A stretch of 63,852 bases of DNA from Calditrichota bacterium (GTDB lineage: Bacteria; Calditrichota; Calditrichia; Calditrichales; J004). The position numbers and the translations under genes are program-made. Numbering within the stretch: position 1 is the first letter of the stretch; the number at the start of each line of letters is the position of its first letter. The DNA is taken from the NCBI GenBank assembly GCA_963723365.1, contig CAVRRG010000055.1, forward strand, positions 1 to 63,852, read 5' to 3'. Positions 48,652 to 59,491 of this stretch are shown here, in pieces. The notes beneath the pieces were generated by a model, which was given only the letters and a program-made list of their open reading frames with translations, did not search any database and was not told the DNA's origin.

Positions 48652-49029
48652 ATGGAAGAAGTAGATTTAAGGAATCTGTTAATGACAGTCGTAGAGAAAA
48701 AAGAAGTGGACGCCAATCTTTCTCTTGAATTTGACTGTACTGCATATATAAATGATACAAACATGCTGGTAAAATGTATTAATTACGGCATTAATTATAT
48801 TAATCAATTAAGTGATCAGCAGATGCAAATTTCATTAAACGCATCCATGAATAGTGTTATGGTTGGGTTTACTACCTTTACTGATAAAACCGAGATCCCA
48901 CCTCTAAATCAACAAGTGGCTGAAGCTTTAAAAGGATTTGAGGCAACCGTTGATATAAAGCATGAGGTTGGGAAGTACGCTCAGGTTCTTATGACATTTA
49001 ATAACATTAAGGCAAGGCCAATAGCTTAA
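48652..49029 (+). CDS. Hypothetical protein, possibly degenerate HATPase-like fold
   Basis: AAGGA upstream of ATG 48652. EEVDLRNLL...NDTNMLVKCINYGINY loosely resembles the kinase N-box region. Confidence 0.55.
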   Translation: MEEVDLRNLLMTVVEKKEVDANLSLEFDCTAYINDTNMLVKCINYGINYINQLSDQQMQISLNASMNSVMVGFTTFTDKTEIPPLNQQVAEALKGFEATVDIKHEVGKYAQVLMTFNNIKARPIA

Positions 49030-49856
49030 AGAAGATAGATCCCGTCTTCTTTTATACTTACCATTTTCTTTTTATACAGGGCACCAATTGCTTTTTTAAA
49101 AGATTTTTTACTCATTCCAAAAAGATTTTTTATCTCATCGGGATTACTCTTGTCATTAACCTTCAAGTGCCCATCATTAGCTTTTAGTAAATCGAGGATT
49201 TTTTGCAAACCGGCTTCAATCCCTGAATAACCGCTTTTCTGGAGAACAACATCTATTTTATTGTCCACACGGACATTTTTTATATACCCTGTTAATTTAT
49301 CTCCAATGCTGACCTGCTGGAAAAGATCGTTTTTAAATATTAGTCCGCGGTGTTTGTTATTTATAACAACATTTACACCCTGCTCGCTGTGATTGATCAC
49401 CAACAGCTCTACTTCTTGCCCAAATTCAACGGTAATATTCTCCAATTCTAAAAAACGGTTAAGTCGGGCAGAGGCTACCAGCCTGTCGGACTGCTGATCA
49501 TGGTACAAATAAACAACGTGCCTGGTACCTTTTAACATGACCGTGTTTTGTTCACGTAGTGGTACCAGCAGATCTTTTTCCAAACCCCAGTCCATAAAAA
49601 CGCCGAATGATGCAGTATCGTTAACTTCCAAAGCAGCAAATTCATTCAGCATTATTTTTGGTATTATAGTGGTCGCGGTGATCCTATCTTCTGAATCTTT
49701 AAAGAGAAAAACATTTATTTCATCTTTGAGTCTTAAATCTGCTGGAATATATTTTTTTGGTAAAAGAACCTCTTCTCCTAAATCATTGGCTAGATAGACC
49801 CCATTTGGTGTTACTCTGGAAGCTTTTAGCAGGCTAAATTTTCCAAGTTCAAACAT
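49026..49856 (-). CDS. cvfB: CvfB/YitL S1 RNA-binding protein
   Basis: EVLLP, DSEDR..AT, FMDWGLEKDLLVP, DKS.PDEIK..FGMSKKSFKKAIGALYK. Confidence 0.9.
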   Translation of the reverse strand: MFELGKFSLLKASRVTPNGVYLANDLGEEVLLPKKYIPADLRLKDEINVFLFKDSEDRITATTIIPKIMLNEFAALEVNDTASFGVFMDWGLEKDLLVPLREQNTVMLKGTRHVVYLYHDQQSDRLVASARLNRFLELENITVEFGQEVELLVINHSEQGVNVVINNKHRGLIFKNDLFQQVSIGDKLTGYIKNVRVDNKIDVVLQKSGYSGIEAGLQKILDLLKANDGHLKVNDKSNPDEIKNLFGMSKKSFKKAIGALYKKKMVSIKEDGIYLL

Positions 49857-49858
49857 TT

Positions 49859-50290
49859 TTATCCTTCAAAGCCGCTCTGCTTATGTGTACCATCGCAAAA
49901 AGGTTTATTACCCGAAGCCCCGCAGCGACAAAGAGCTACTTTTTTGTCTGACTCAATAATATTCCCCTCGGAATCCAAAATTGTAAAATTTCCCGAAATA
50001 AGATAGGGACCATTCTTGGCCGGTTTTATTTTAACATCAACTGATTTTTCTTCTTCCTTCATTTCAACTCCTTTATTTATACGATATGATAAGGCGCGGG
50101 ACGGACAATTATCAACCGCCTTTATAATTTCATCGGAACTGGCAGCCTCCATATCAACCCAGGGCCTGCGCCGTGGATCAAAAACACTTACCAGGTTTTT
50201 CCAGCAGTTTGTTGAATGGGCACATAAATCGGCCTTCCAGATAACGGTTATTTCTTCATTTGTATATTCTTTTACAATTTTATTTTTCAC
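49859..50290 (-). CDS. DUF1271-type Fe-S domain fused to CDGSH iron-sulfur domain
   Basis: CAHSTNC...CPSRAL and LCRCGASGNKPFCDGTH. Confidence 0.9.
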   Translation of the reverse strand: MKNKIVKEYTNEEITVIWKADLCAHSTNCWKNLVSVFDPRRRPWVDMEAASSDEIIKAVDNCPSRALSYRINKGVEMKEEEKSVDVKIKPAKNGPYLISGNFTILDSEGNIIESDKKVALCRCGASGNKPFCDGTHKQSGFEG

Positions 50291-50339
50291 AGCAGCCTCT
50301 TTCCAATAATTCCGAGCAGATGGTCTAATAATTTTTCAC

Positions 50340-51044
50340 TTAAAACAAATGAAATGTAACTCCAATTTGATATGTAATAAAATCTGTCTCTGAGCGACTG
50401 GCATCAAATAGAATTTCGTTATTTGGACCTTGGCTGATATCACCTTCTTTTAAATATTCAGCCTTACCACCAAAAATATATTTCACTTTAAGATCAAGAT
50501 ATAAAATGGAGGTTTTAAAATAACTAGTATCCTCATTTTCAAACTCTGTAAGCTTGATCATTAATCCTCCTCCTAAACCATAATTGGAAGTCCAATCCTC
50601 AAGCTGCGTATCACTGGCGATTTCATCATCATCATTATTACTTCCAATATCTTCAATTTTAGAATCTGTCGATAAATAACTAAATCCCACTAATCCTTCA
50701 ATATATGGTACAAATATGCCAAAGTTTTCCTGAACGCGACCAAATAAGTGCATAAAAAAAATGTTATTGCTTGTGGTTACATCAACACGCACAGGAAACA
50801 GCAATATTTGTCTGCTGGTTTCACTGCCATATTGTGCTCCGCCAATTTTAAGACCGGCACTGAAAGGTGTCCCCGCAAATCGATACGATCCGGAGCCGGC
50901 AATCCCAAATCCAACCCTATCGATATTTTCCTTAAACTGTCCCTGCGGCGACAACACCAACCCATTAATACTTAAATCCAGTTGAGCCCATACAAAACTA
51001 TTACATAATATTAATAATAAGACAGTAAGCACTCTTTTTTTCAT
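50340..51044 (-). CDS. Outer-membrane beta-barrel protein
   Basis: AAGGAG RBS, signal peptide, PYIEGLVG, YGLGGG, terminal Phe. Confidence 0.7.
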   Translation of the reverse strand: MKKRVLTVLLLILCNSFVWAQLDLSINGLVLSPQGQFKENIDRVGFGIAGSGSYRFAGTPFSAGLKIGGAQYGSETSRQILLFPVRVDVTTSNNIFFMHLFGRVQENFGIFVPYIEGLVGFSYLSTDSKIEDIGSNNDDDEIASDTQLEDWTSNYGLGGGLMIKLTEFENEDTSYFKTSILYLDLKVKYIFGGKAEYLKEGDISQGPNNEILFDASRSETDFITYQIGVTFHLF

Positions 51045-51177
51045 TTTTGTACTCCTTAAAAAATTTTTAAAAAAAATTAGTCTTTTTTTTTAATTTAAAC
51101 AAAAATAATCCTGTTTGTAATTTATTTCAGTCTTCTTTTCTACTTGATTTTTTTTTTGTACTAAGCGACCTTTAGGG

Positions 51178-54100
51178 ATGTCTAATTTCAAACTTTTCTG
51201 TGAACCAAAACCCGATTATTACTTCTTCAAAAACGAAATTATCGCAAACGTCAAAAATGATGAACAAAACTGGTTAAACCTGCTGCCGGTAAACAGGGCT
51301 GTACGCATATTTAAACGCCAATTAATCACTGAATCAGGCAACAAAATACTTGCAGCACCAGCAGTATTCACTTTTGACAACCTTTTACAGAAACTTTATA
51401 CTCACCTTCCTGATAATAAAACAGTTATCAGTAATGAACTTCTTTTTTTTCTTATTGAAGAAATACTTAAAAAATCAGCACAGCACTTTTCTTTCCTGCC
51501 CAAAAGCGACAATCCTGCGCAGCGCTTAATAAAAAAAATTGGCAAACTTGTATCAGAACTGAGACGTTTTGGTTACACAGCCCAGGAACTTTCAGCAAAA
51601 GAAGCCACGGATCTGGGCATTGAAATCAACAAACTGGATGATTTTACTCTCATACTGCAATTTTTAGAGGAGATATTAGGCGACCGCTATATCGATCTGC
51701 ACGCGGCGCGTCATGAGGCCGCGTTAAATTTAAATCGGGAACTTTTTCAAAAAGTTTTTCCTGGAATAAAAGAAATTTTTATCAGTGGTTATGGATTGTT
51801 TACACCGGCCATGTATTTGTTTATCGAAAAAGTCAGCTCATTTTGTAATGTTTCAGTTAAACTGGAATATGATAAAAACAACCAGGCGCTTTTTGAAAAT
51901 ACGCGCCCGGTTTTTGAACGTTTATTAACAATGGGCGCTGAAATAATTGAATCGACAAAAGACAACCCGCTGGCCAGAAAACTTTTTAACAGGGATAGGA
52001 AAGCAGGAACCTTTAGCGCGCAGAATACTATTTCTTTATTTCACTGTGATAACGCGCGCGAGGAAGTAACCGCAATGGCCCGTCTAATACATAAGATAAA
52101 GACGGAAGATAATGTTCCGCTGGACAAAATTGCGATTACTTTTAATCCTTTAGAAAAATATGTTCCAATTATCAACAGGATATTTGCGGAGTATAAAATC
52201 CCTTTCAATTTGTCCACCGGTTATCCATTGGGTCAATCTCATTTAATCTCAACCATGCTCAAGATCATCGATATAGTGAATGAAAACTATGAATACGAAC
52301 GGGTATTTAATGTGTACCAATCACCTTTCATCAATTCCGAATATGAACAGCAGAGTATAAATCTTTACAAAACTATTATTAAAGGCAGAATTAAATATTT
52401 AACAGCTGATTGGGATAAAAAATTAGCCCATAATTTAAAAGCACGTGGTGCCACAATAAGCAAAAATATTGATATCCAAATTAAAAAGTTGAAATCTTTT
52501 TTAGATCCATTTTATGCATTTGGAGCACAAAGCCGTAACCCAGCTTCCTTTAAAAATGATTATCTCAAGCTGCTAAAAAAAAGCGGTCTTTTTGAATGGT
52601 ATAAGCTTAATAACTCTTTCCTGCAAGAACGCCAAAGAGAACGTGAGTTTAGAGCTTTTAACCGTTATATGAAAATATTGGATCAGTTCAGCTGGGCGTT
52701 GCAGGTAGTATTTAAAGAGCAGGATATTGATATTAAATTATGGTCGAGCCATTTAAAATCTGCAGTGGCTAATGCAGTGTGCAATTTAACTGAATGGCCG
52801 CTTGAAGCTGTACAGATAATGCCGCGACTTGAGATTCAGGCTATTGATTATGATTTTTTATTTCTTGGTGGTATGGTGGATGGAAACTTTCCGCGCTCAT
52901 CAACAGCGGATATTTTTCTAAATGATGAAAACCGTCAGAAAATGGGTTTACTGGCCAACGAAGATCTGCTTTTTCAGGATCGATTTATATTTTTTAGCCT
53001 GTTAAATTCTGCAAGAAAAAAGGTTTATTTAACCGCCCCAAAATATTCCGGAGAAAAAAAACTAGTACCTTCTTCTTTTATTGATGATCTGAAGGAATGC
53101 TGTTCTATTAATGAAAAAAAAGCCATTGAAGATACATTAATCAGTATGCCTAAACTATGGGAAGCATTTGGTAATGCGATTCAAGGTCATGATAAAGAAA
53201 AAGCCATAAAAATAAAGAAAATTCTCAATAAAGAAAAAAATGGTTCTTTGGAAGAGGATTTCATTCGTAAGATTAAATCGCAGCATCAAAGATTATCGTT
53301 GGTTCAAAAAGCCGGCAATTATGAGGGGGACCTTCGTGGGATTAATGTTATTCAAAAATTTATAGCTGAGGCCTTTAAAGAACATTCGTGGAGTATCACA
53401 CGTCTCGAAGATTATGCTTTTTGCCCGATGCAATATTTCCTGAAACGTATTTTAAAAATTGAGGAACTGCCCGAGTTTGATGATGAAATCAGTCCTTTGG
53501 AACGAGGAAATACAATTCATAATATTCTTTTTAAGTTTTACTCAAAGCTAAGAGAGATAAATGGCCTGGTTGTTCCGGGAAATCATTTGAACATTTTAGA
53601 ACAAGTTACACAAGAAGAATTAGGCCAATTGTCCTTTAATGGATTTTTCTGGGAATTGGAAAAAATCCGCTATTTTGGAAAAGGAGATAATCCCGGTCTG
53701 CTGCAGACTTTTTTAGAAAATGAAACGCGGGAAATAGATAAAACCGGATATATTCCAGCCCATTTTGAATATTGCTTTGGCCCTACCTATGACAAAGAAG
53801 TAGATCCCCATAGTGTGCCTCAACTTCTCATGCTGCAGGATGAAAATGGAAATAAAATTAAAATAAATGGTAAAATTGACCGGATTGATATCAATCCCAA
53901 AACCAAACAGGCTGCCGTATACGATTATAAAAGCGGCAGAATTGATGGTAAAAATGCACAGGCTGTGGCTAAAGGTTTAAGCTTCCAACTGCCGGTTTAT
54001 ATTCAAGCCGTCGAGAAATTATTGGGTAGGGAATTGGAAGTTGTGTATGGTGGCTATTACCAGGTGAAAGATGCCCAAAACTGTAAAAATGTAGCAGCAA

Positions 54101-54384
54101 TGACTGATGCTGAAAAATATCCTTACTTAAATAAAGGGTCCCGGGCAGCTCTTCCCAATACTTATGTTCGGATAGATGGTAATAAAGTCAGCTTTGATGA
54201 GTTGATCCAGTTCAGTAAAGAGACCGCTATTAATAAACAAAACGAATTATTCCAGGGTATTTTTAACCATACCAAAGATCCGGATAACAAAATGTGTTCT
54301 TCATTCTGTGATTATAAAAGAATGTGCCAGAAATATGTCACGAAAATTAAATACCGCAGAAATAAAGAGAGTTTAGAAAGTTGA
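51178..54384 (+). CDS. addB: AddB-like nuclease subunit (PD-(D/E)XK, Fe-S staple)
   Basis: SITRLEDYAFCPMQYF, RGNTIH, GKIDRID, DYKSG, QLPVY, CSSFCDYKRMC. Directly upstream of addA. Confidence 0.85.
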   Translation: MSNFKLFCEPKPDYYFFKNEIIANVKNDEQNWLNLLPVNRAVRIFKRQLITESGNKILAAPAVFTFDNLLQKLYTHLPDNKTVISNELLFFLIEEILKKSAQHFSFLPKSDNPAQRLIKKIGKLVSELRRFGYTAQELSAKEATDLGIEINKLDDFTLILQFLEEILGDRYIDLHAARHEAALNLNRELFQKVFPGIKEIFISGYGLFTPAMYLFIEKVSSFCNVSVKLEYDKNNQALFENTRPVFERLLTMGAEIIESTKDNPLARKLFNRDRKAGTFSAQNTISLFHCDNAREEVTAMARLIHKIKTEDNVPLDKIAITFNPLEKYVPIINRIFAEYKIPFNLSTGYPLGQSHLISTMLKIIDIVNENYEYERVFNVYQSPFINSEYEQQSINLYKTIIKGRIKYLTADWDKKLAHNLKARGATISKNIDIQIKKLKSFLDPFYAFGAQSRNPASFKNDYLKLLKKSGLFEWYKLNNSFLQERQREREFRAFNRYMKILDQFSWALQVVFKEQDIDIKLWSSHLKSAVANAVCNLTEWPLEAVQIMPRLEIQAIDYDFLFLGGMVDGNFPRSSTADIFLNDENRQKMGLLANEDLLFQDRFIFFSLLNSARKKVYLTAPKYSGEKKLVPSSFIDDLKECCSINEKKAIEDTLISMPKLWEAFGNAIQGHDKEKAIKIKKILNKEKNGSLEEDFIRKIKSQHQRLSLVQKAGNYEGDLRGINVIQKFIAEAFKEHSWSITRLEDYAFCPMQYFLKRILKIEELPEFDDEISPLERGNTIHNILFKFYSKLREINGLVVPGNHLNILEQVTQEELGQLSFNGFFWELEKIRYFGKGDNPGLLQTFLENETREIDKTGYIPAHFEYCFGPTYDKEVDPHSVPQLLMLQDENGNKIKINGKIDRIDINPKTKQAAVYDYKSGRIDGKNAQAVAKGLSFQLPVYIQAVEKLLGRELEVVYGGYYQVKDAQNCKNVAAMTDAEKYPYLNKGSRAALPNTYVRIDGNKVSFDELIQFSKETAINKQNELFQGIFNHTKDPDNKMCSSFCDYKRMCQKYVTKIKYRRNKESLES

Positions 54385-54385
54385 G

Positions 54386-57300
54386 ATGAGACTTACTGCA
54401 ACGCAAACAGCAGCTTTGGCTATTGATAAAAATATTAGTGTTACTGCGGGAGCAGGATCTGGTAAAACACGTATCCTGGTAGATCGTTTTATAAAAATCG
54501 TCCTGCTGCAGCCTGCCCTAACAAAGAAAATTGTTGCTATCACTTTTACAGAAAAAGCCGCTTCAGAGCTGCGTGAGCGTATAGCTGAGGATGTAAACAA
54601 CCATCTTAAAAAAGAAAACCTGAATCCCTCTGAAAGAAAGAACCTGCAATATATTCGTGATCAACTTAGCTCAGCACATATTTCAACAATCCATGGATTT
54701 TGCATGCGCATACTGCAGGAATTTCCTGTTCAAGCCCAGATTACTCCTGATTTTACAATTCTTGACCCCATTCGGCAACAGGTATTTTTGCATAGCGCGA
54801 TAACAAAATCGTTTGAAATGCTGGATGATCAGGCTTTACAGCAACAGGATATAGATTGGTTTTCTTTATTTATAGCTCTGCCGCGCAGACGTATTTTTGA
54901 CATGCTGGTTAAAGCACTTGAGAAGCCCTATGAAATGAGTCTCATAAAAAGCCAATTCGAGAAACGTGGTAAAGCAGATTATATGGCTTTTTTAACTGAA
55001 CATTGGATGGAAATTTTTAGCCGTAGCTGCGATCAAGAAACAATTGATATTGCTTTCCGGAATGTACATCAAATACTGGAAAAAGACATTGTCCGCCTAA
55101 AATCAGAAAAAGGCCAGGAATTGCTCTTACTACTGATAGATTTCAATGAGGCATATCTGGCCAATTTCTCTTCATTGCACACTTACGGTGCTTTTCTGAA
55201 GCTCTGCGATGCCTTTACCACAAAGACCAAGCCTTACAAGAACCTGGCTCATCTGGGCAGACAGGATAGCTGGGACGTTTCAGTTCACAACTCCATATTA
55301 GAACTGAGCAATTTTCTCTCTCCAATACAAAAGAAAATCATGGAATCAAATCCCGGATCCCCGCCTGATGAAACGGATGAGAAGTGGTATGACCTCTTTA
55401 CTACATTCTTGATGTTGTATGAAATATCATTGGAAAATTTCCAGCTAATTAAAGAAGAGCAGGGAGTACTGGATTTTGAAGATTTACAAATATATACAAT
55501 GAAATTGTTGCAGGAAAATGATGAGATACGTCAAAAACTTAATAATCGCTTTCGTTACTTAATGGTTGATGAATTTCAGGATACCAATCCTGTGCAGTGG
55601 AAAATCGTCAAATTACTCACTTCTCAAAATGGTAAAATATCCAAAGATCAGACGTTTGTTGTAGGAGATCCGAAACAATCCATCTATGGCTTTCGTGACG
55701 CGGATATTAGAATTTTTAAAAATGTGGTGAAATCTTTTTCTGATAATGCCGGCAGCTTATTTGAAGAATCCTATGATGGAAATCTTGTATTTCGGGAAAG
55801 CTTTCGTTTCCTGCCGCAAATAAACGCCTTTATCAATCATTTCTTTTCTAATATTCTGCAAGCAGACGTCTTTAACCCTTTCGAGGTAAATTATGAAAAA
55901 CTAACAGCCCAGAGAGAGATTAAAGAAGGCGGTTCAATTGACCTGACAATTATTGATGAAGAGAATAAAAATCAATCTGAAGCTGAATACATAGCGCTGA
56001 AAATAAATTCTATAATCAACTCTGGCCAGGAAGTTTATGAATTTGTGAATGGCAAAGAGCAAAAACGCAAGACCCGATATGGTGATATCGCTATTTTAAT
56101 TCGCGATCGCTCTCCATTATCAGATATCGAACAAGCCCTTCGCCAAAATAGCGTTCCCTTTAAAACAGTCGGTGGCATAGGTTTTTGGCAAAGGCAGGAA
56201 ATTTATGACATCTACCATATCCTGCGTTTTCTCGCTAATCCAGCGGACGAACTTGCCATGGTAGCTATGCTAAGATCACGTTTATTCCTGTTAGCGGACA
56301 ATACCATTTTGTTGATGACAGACAATATAGGAATTGGATATTTTGAAAAGCTTCGCTTATTAATAAAAGACTATCGACTGACAGAAGAGGAAAAGCAAAT
56401 CGTATCCAAGGCCTATACCCTGATTAATAAATGGCTGAATTTACGGGAACGTTTAACTCTGGCTGAATTGCTCAATACAATTTTGGATGATACAAAATTA
56501 TTTGCATTACTCAATGCTGAGTTTAGCGGTGAACAGCGCACAGCTAACCTTCAGAAAGTGATAGAGCTTGCTGAGAGCTTTGATCAATCCGGTCCCGGTG
56601 GTATGCGCTCTTTTTTGGATATCATAGACGATTTAATTAACCGAGAAGTGGCTGAAGGGGAAGCTTTCTTAGCTCTGGATGATATAACCAGTGTTAAAAT
56701 TATGACCATCCATGTCTCAAAAGGGCTGCAATTCCCGATTGTTTTTGCGCCCTACCTAAACCGCAGTATGCGCATGGGTGGCAGTGACATAATGATGGAT
56801 AGCGAGCTCGGTATGGCGGTAACATTTAAAAGCGATGATGATTACCAGGGCCATAACGCGCATGAGAATACTTTGTATAGATTACTGCGCTTACGCCAGC
56901 AGCAAAAAGAGCTTGCTGAACACAAACGTATATTTTATGTAGCTGTATCTCGGGCAAGTGACTATCTTTTTCTTTCCGCAACTGTTAAGGAGAATAAAGC
57001 AAAAAGTTACAGCATGTTTAAATGGTTGCAAGACAGCCTTGTCAAAGATGGTAAATCTGCCTCATTTGCAGATGTCCTTGATTATAAGGATTTTTACCTT
57101 AATATCATCCATGGCTACGATAACGATGACGTGACTCAATTTGATGATAAATATTTTTACCAGATGATAAACGAATTGGATAAAGACGATCCGGGCATAG
57201 CAATTGAAGCAGATACTCATCTCGTTCGGGCTATACCGGCAAAAATATATGGACGTACTTTTTCCGCTACAGCCCTTATGACCTTTAATAAAAATCCGGA

Positions 57301-57943
57301 TGAGTATTATCAGCGCTATCATCTTGGTTTTTTTGAAGGAGATTACGAACAGGGATTGATTGAAAAAACAAATGACATTGATAGCCTGTTAAAGGGTAAA
57401 ATTGTTCACCGTTTTTTAGAAACATACGAGAACGAGGATTTAAACCCGGAAGACACTTTGGAAAAAATATTATTTGATTTTGAAATGTATGATCGCCGTA
57501 TCAAGGATCAAATGAGCGCTGAACTTCTGCAAATAAGCGAAATGATGAAAATTTCTAAAACGGGAAAAAAGATATTTTCCTGTTCTGAATTCAAAAACGA
57601 AATCTCATTAACTATGCAGCTGGGTGAAGATTTTTTTACAGGAACGATTGACCGCATACAAAGAAAACAAAGCGGGGAATGGGAAATAATAGATTATAAA
57701 ACAAACCGCATAACTAATGAACAATTAGAAAAAAGCGGGGCAAAATATGAAATTCAAATCAAATCGTATGCGCTTTTGTTAGCTCATCTTTATCCAGGAC
57801 AAGTAAACTACAAAATTACGTTTTATTTTTTGGCGATTGACAATATCTTTGAAAAAACCTTTTCCCAAAACGACATAAGGGATATTACTATTGAATTTAA
57901 GAAGATTATCGCGGGGATTAAAAACAAATTCCCTTTAAATTAA
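54386..57943 (+). CDS. addA: AddA-like UvrD helicase-nuclease
   Basis: AGAGSGKT, TFTEKAA, VDEFQDTN, GDPKQSIYGFR, MTIHVSKGLQF, YVAVSRA, C-terminal GTIDRI...IDYKT. Confidence 0.9.
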   Translation: MRLTATQTAALAIDKNISVTAGAGSGKTRILVDRFIKIVLLQPALTKKIVAITFTEKAASELRERIAEDVNNHLKKENLNPSERKNLQYIRDQLSSAHISTIHGFCMRILQEFPVQAQITPDFTILDPIRQQVFLHSAITKSFEMLDDQALQQQDIDWFSLFIALPRRRIFDMLVKALEKPYEMSLIKSQFEKRGKADYMAFLTEHWMEIFSRSCDQETIDIAFRNVHQILEKDIVRLKSEKGQELLLLLIDFNEAYLANFSSLHTYGAFLKLCDAFTTKTKPYKNLAHLGRQDSWDVSVHNSILELSNFLSPIQKKIMESNPGSPPDETDEKWYDLFTTFLMLYEISLENFQLIKEEQGVLDFEDLQIYTMKLLQENDEIRQKLNNRFRYLMVDEFQDTNPVQWKIVKLLTSQNGKISKDQTFVVGDPKQSIYGFRDADIRIFKNVVKSFSDNAGSLFEESYDGNLVFRESFRFLPQINAFINHFFSNILQADVFNPFEVNYEKLTAQREIKEGGSIDLTIIDEENKNQSEAEYIALKINSIINSGQEVYEFVNGKEQKRKTRYGDIAILIRDRSPLSDIEQALRQNSVPFKTVGGIGFWQRQEIYDIYHILRFLANPADELAMVAMLRSRLFLLADNTILLMTDNIGIGYFEKLRLLIKDYRLTEEEKQIVSKAYTLINKWLNLRERLTLAELLNTILDDTKLFALLNAEFSGEQRTANLQKVIELAESFDQSGPGGMRSFLDIIDDLINREVAEGEAFLALDDITSVKIMTIHVSKGLQFPIVFAPYLNRSMRMGGSDIMMDSELGMAVTFKSDDDYQGHNAHENTLYRLLRLRQQQKELAEHKRIFYVAVSRASDYLFLSATVKENKAKSYSMFKWLQDSLVKDGKSASFADVLDYKDFYLNIIHGYDNDDVTQFDDKYFYQMINELDKDDPGIAIEADTHLVRAIPAKIYGRTFSATALMTFNKNPDEYYQRYHLGFFEGDYEQGLIEKTNDIDSLLKGKIVHRFLETYENEDLNPEDTLEKILFDFEMYDRRIKDQMSAELLQISEMMKISKTGKKIFSCSEFKNEISLTMQLGEDFFTGTIDRIQRKQSGEWEIIDYKTNRITNEQLEKSGAKYEIQIKSYALLLAHLYPGQVNYKITFYFLAIDNIFEKTFSQNDIRDITIEFKKIIAGIKNKFPLN

Positions 57944-57974
57944 AACACTTTTCTCGAGCGGAGTGCAGAAATAA

Positions 57975-58705
57975 ATGGATATTAGAAATAAAACTATAAT
58001 AGTAACAGGAGGAGCAGTGCGCCTTGGTCGCGAAGTAGTTCTTGAACTGGCCGCATCCAGCGCCAATATTGTGTGCCAATATTTCTCGAGCAAACAAGAA
58101 GCTAAACTCGTTAAGAAAAAAGCAGAGCTTCTGGGTGCCAAACTTGAACTTGTTGAGATGGATTTAACTTTAAAAGATGCAGCTTCGCAAATTGTACAAA
58201 AAGCCTTGGATGCCTTTGGCTCAATAGACGTACTTGTTAATAATTCTGCTGTTTTCTATCCTACACCCCTTGCCACCGTTTCTGAAAAAGACTGGGATAC
58301 ATTTAATAATCTTAACCTCAAAGCAGCTTTTTTCTGTCCCGCAAAATTGGTCTAATGATGAAATCAAAGGGCTCAGGAAAAATAATAAATATTGGCGATA
58401 CTTCTTACATCTCGCCATGGCCGGATTATATTCCCTATGCTATTTCGAAAGCCGGAATAAATACTATGACAAAAGGACTGGCTAAAGCGCTGGCTCCTGA
58501 GGTGCATGTAAATTGTATAAATCCGGGACCGGTGCTGCTACCAGAAAATTACACCAAGGACCAGGAAATTAAAGCCGTTGAGAAAACACTGCTTAAACAT
58601 TTAGGTAAACCAGCTGATATTGCACGCACTGTTCGCTTTCTTATTGAATCAGACTATATTACAGGTGCCTCTATTCCTGTGGATGGCGGCAGGCATCTGG
58701 CTTAA
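57975..58705 (+). pseudogene. SDR family oxidoreductase (pteridine reductase-like), split by a -1 frameshift in a T-run at 58328-58333
   Basis: TGGAVRLG and VNNSA in ORF1, YAISK and VNCINPG in ORF2. Adding one T restores AAFFLSRKIGLMMK. Confidence 0.85.
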
Positions 58706-58738
58706 AAACAATTTACTTTATAGAATTTGTTCCGGAAC

Positions 58739-59491
58739 ATGAAGAGACGACCTATTATAATTGCCCATCGCGGAGCTTCTTTTGAAGCTCCGGAAAATAC
58801 AATGAGTGCTTTTCATCTGGCATGGCATGAAGGATGCGATGCCATTGAAGGGGATGTTCATAAAACCAAAGATAACGAGGTTGTTGTTATTCACGATGAA
58901 GATACACAGCGCACATGCGTCGATAAAATAATTATTCGTGAATCCACTTTACAACAAATTCAATCCTTAGATTGTGGAAGCTGGAAAGCAGAGAAATTCC
59001 GCGGAGAAATAATACCCACTTTACAAGATTTAATAAAAAGTATGCCACATGACAAAAAGATTTTTATTGAAGTAAAAGGAGGGTACAAAACTCTTGAACC
59101 CGTTAAAATAATTCTTGAGGACTCACCCTTAAAAACCAGCCAGATTGTCATTATGGATTTTGACCTTGAGAATATGATAAAAGCCAGAACATTGTTTCCC
59201 ACTATGGAAATTTTATGGCTGTATGAATTTATTCCGCCATTGACTGCTGCCAACGCGAATTCGGTTTTAAACAAAATTGTTCAGGATGCCTGCGCTGCAC
59301 AGATGCATGGCATAAATATTGAATTAAATCCCTTTATTACCGAAGAACTAGTTAACAAAGTGCACGATCTGGGAATGAAGTTTTATGTATGGACAGTAAA
59401 TGAAATAAAAGACGCCCTTTATCTCACAGATATAGGTGCCGACGGATTAACTACTGACCGTCCCGGGTTGTTGAGGAAGCTCTATGGCTAA
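58739..59491 (+). CDS. Glycerophosphodiester phosphodiesterase
   Basis: IAHRGAS..APENT, EGDVH.TKD, IHD, IEVK, WTVN, TTDRP. Confidence 0.92.
   Translation: MKRRPIIIAHRGASFEAPENTMSAFHLAWHEGCDAIEGDVHKTKDNEVVVIHDEDTQRTCVDKIIIRESTLQQIQSLDCGSWKAEKFRGEIIPTLQDLIKSMPHDKKIFIEVKGGYKTLEPVKIILEDSPLKTSQIVIMDFDLENMIKARTLFPTMEILWLYEFIPPLTAANANSVLNKIVQDACAAQMHGINIELNPFITEELVNKVHDLGMKFYVWTVNEIKDALYLTDIGADGLTTDRPGLLRKLYG

Noticed and set aside
51178..57943. Helicase-nuclease pair as a defence system or Cas4-like module
   Set aside because: Order, size and motifs match housekeeping AddAB in a core-gene context.
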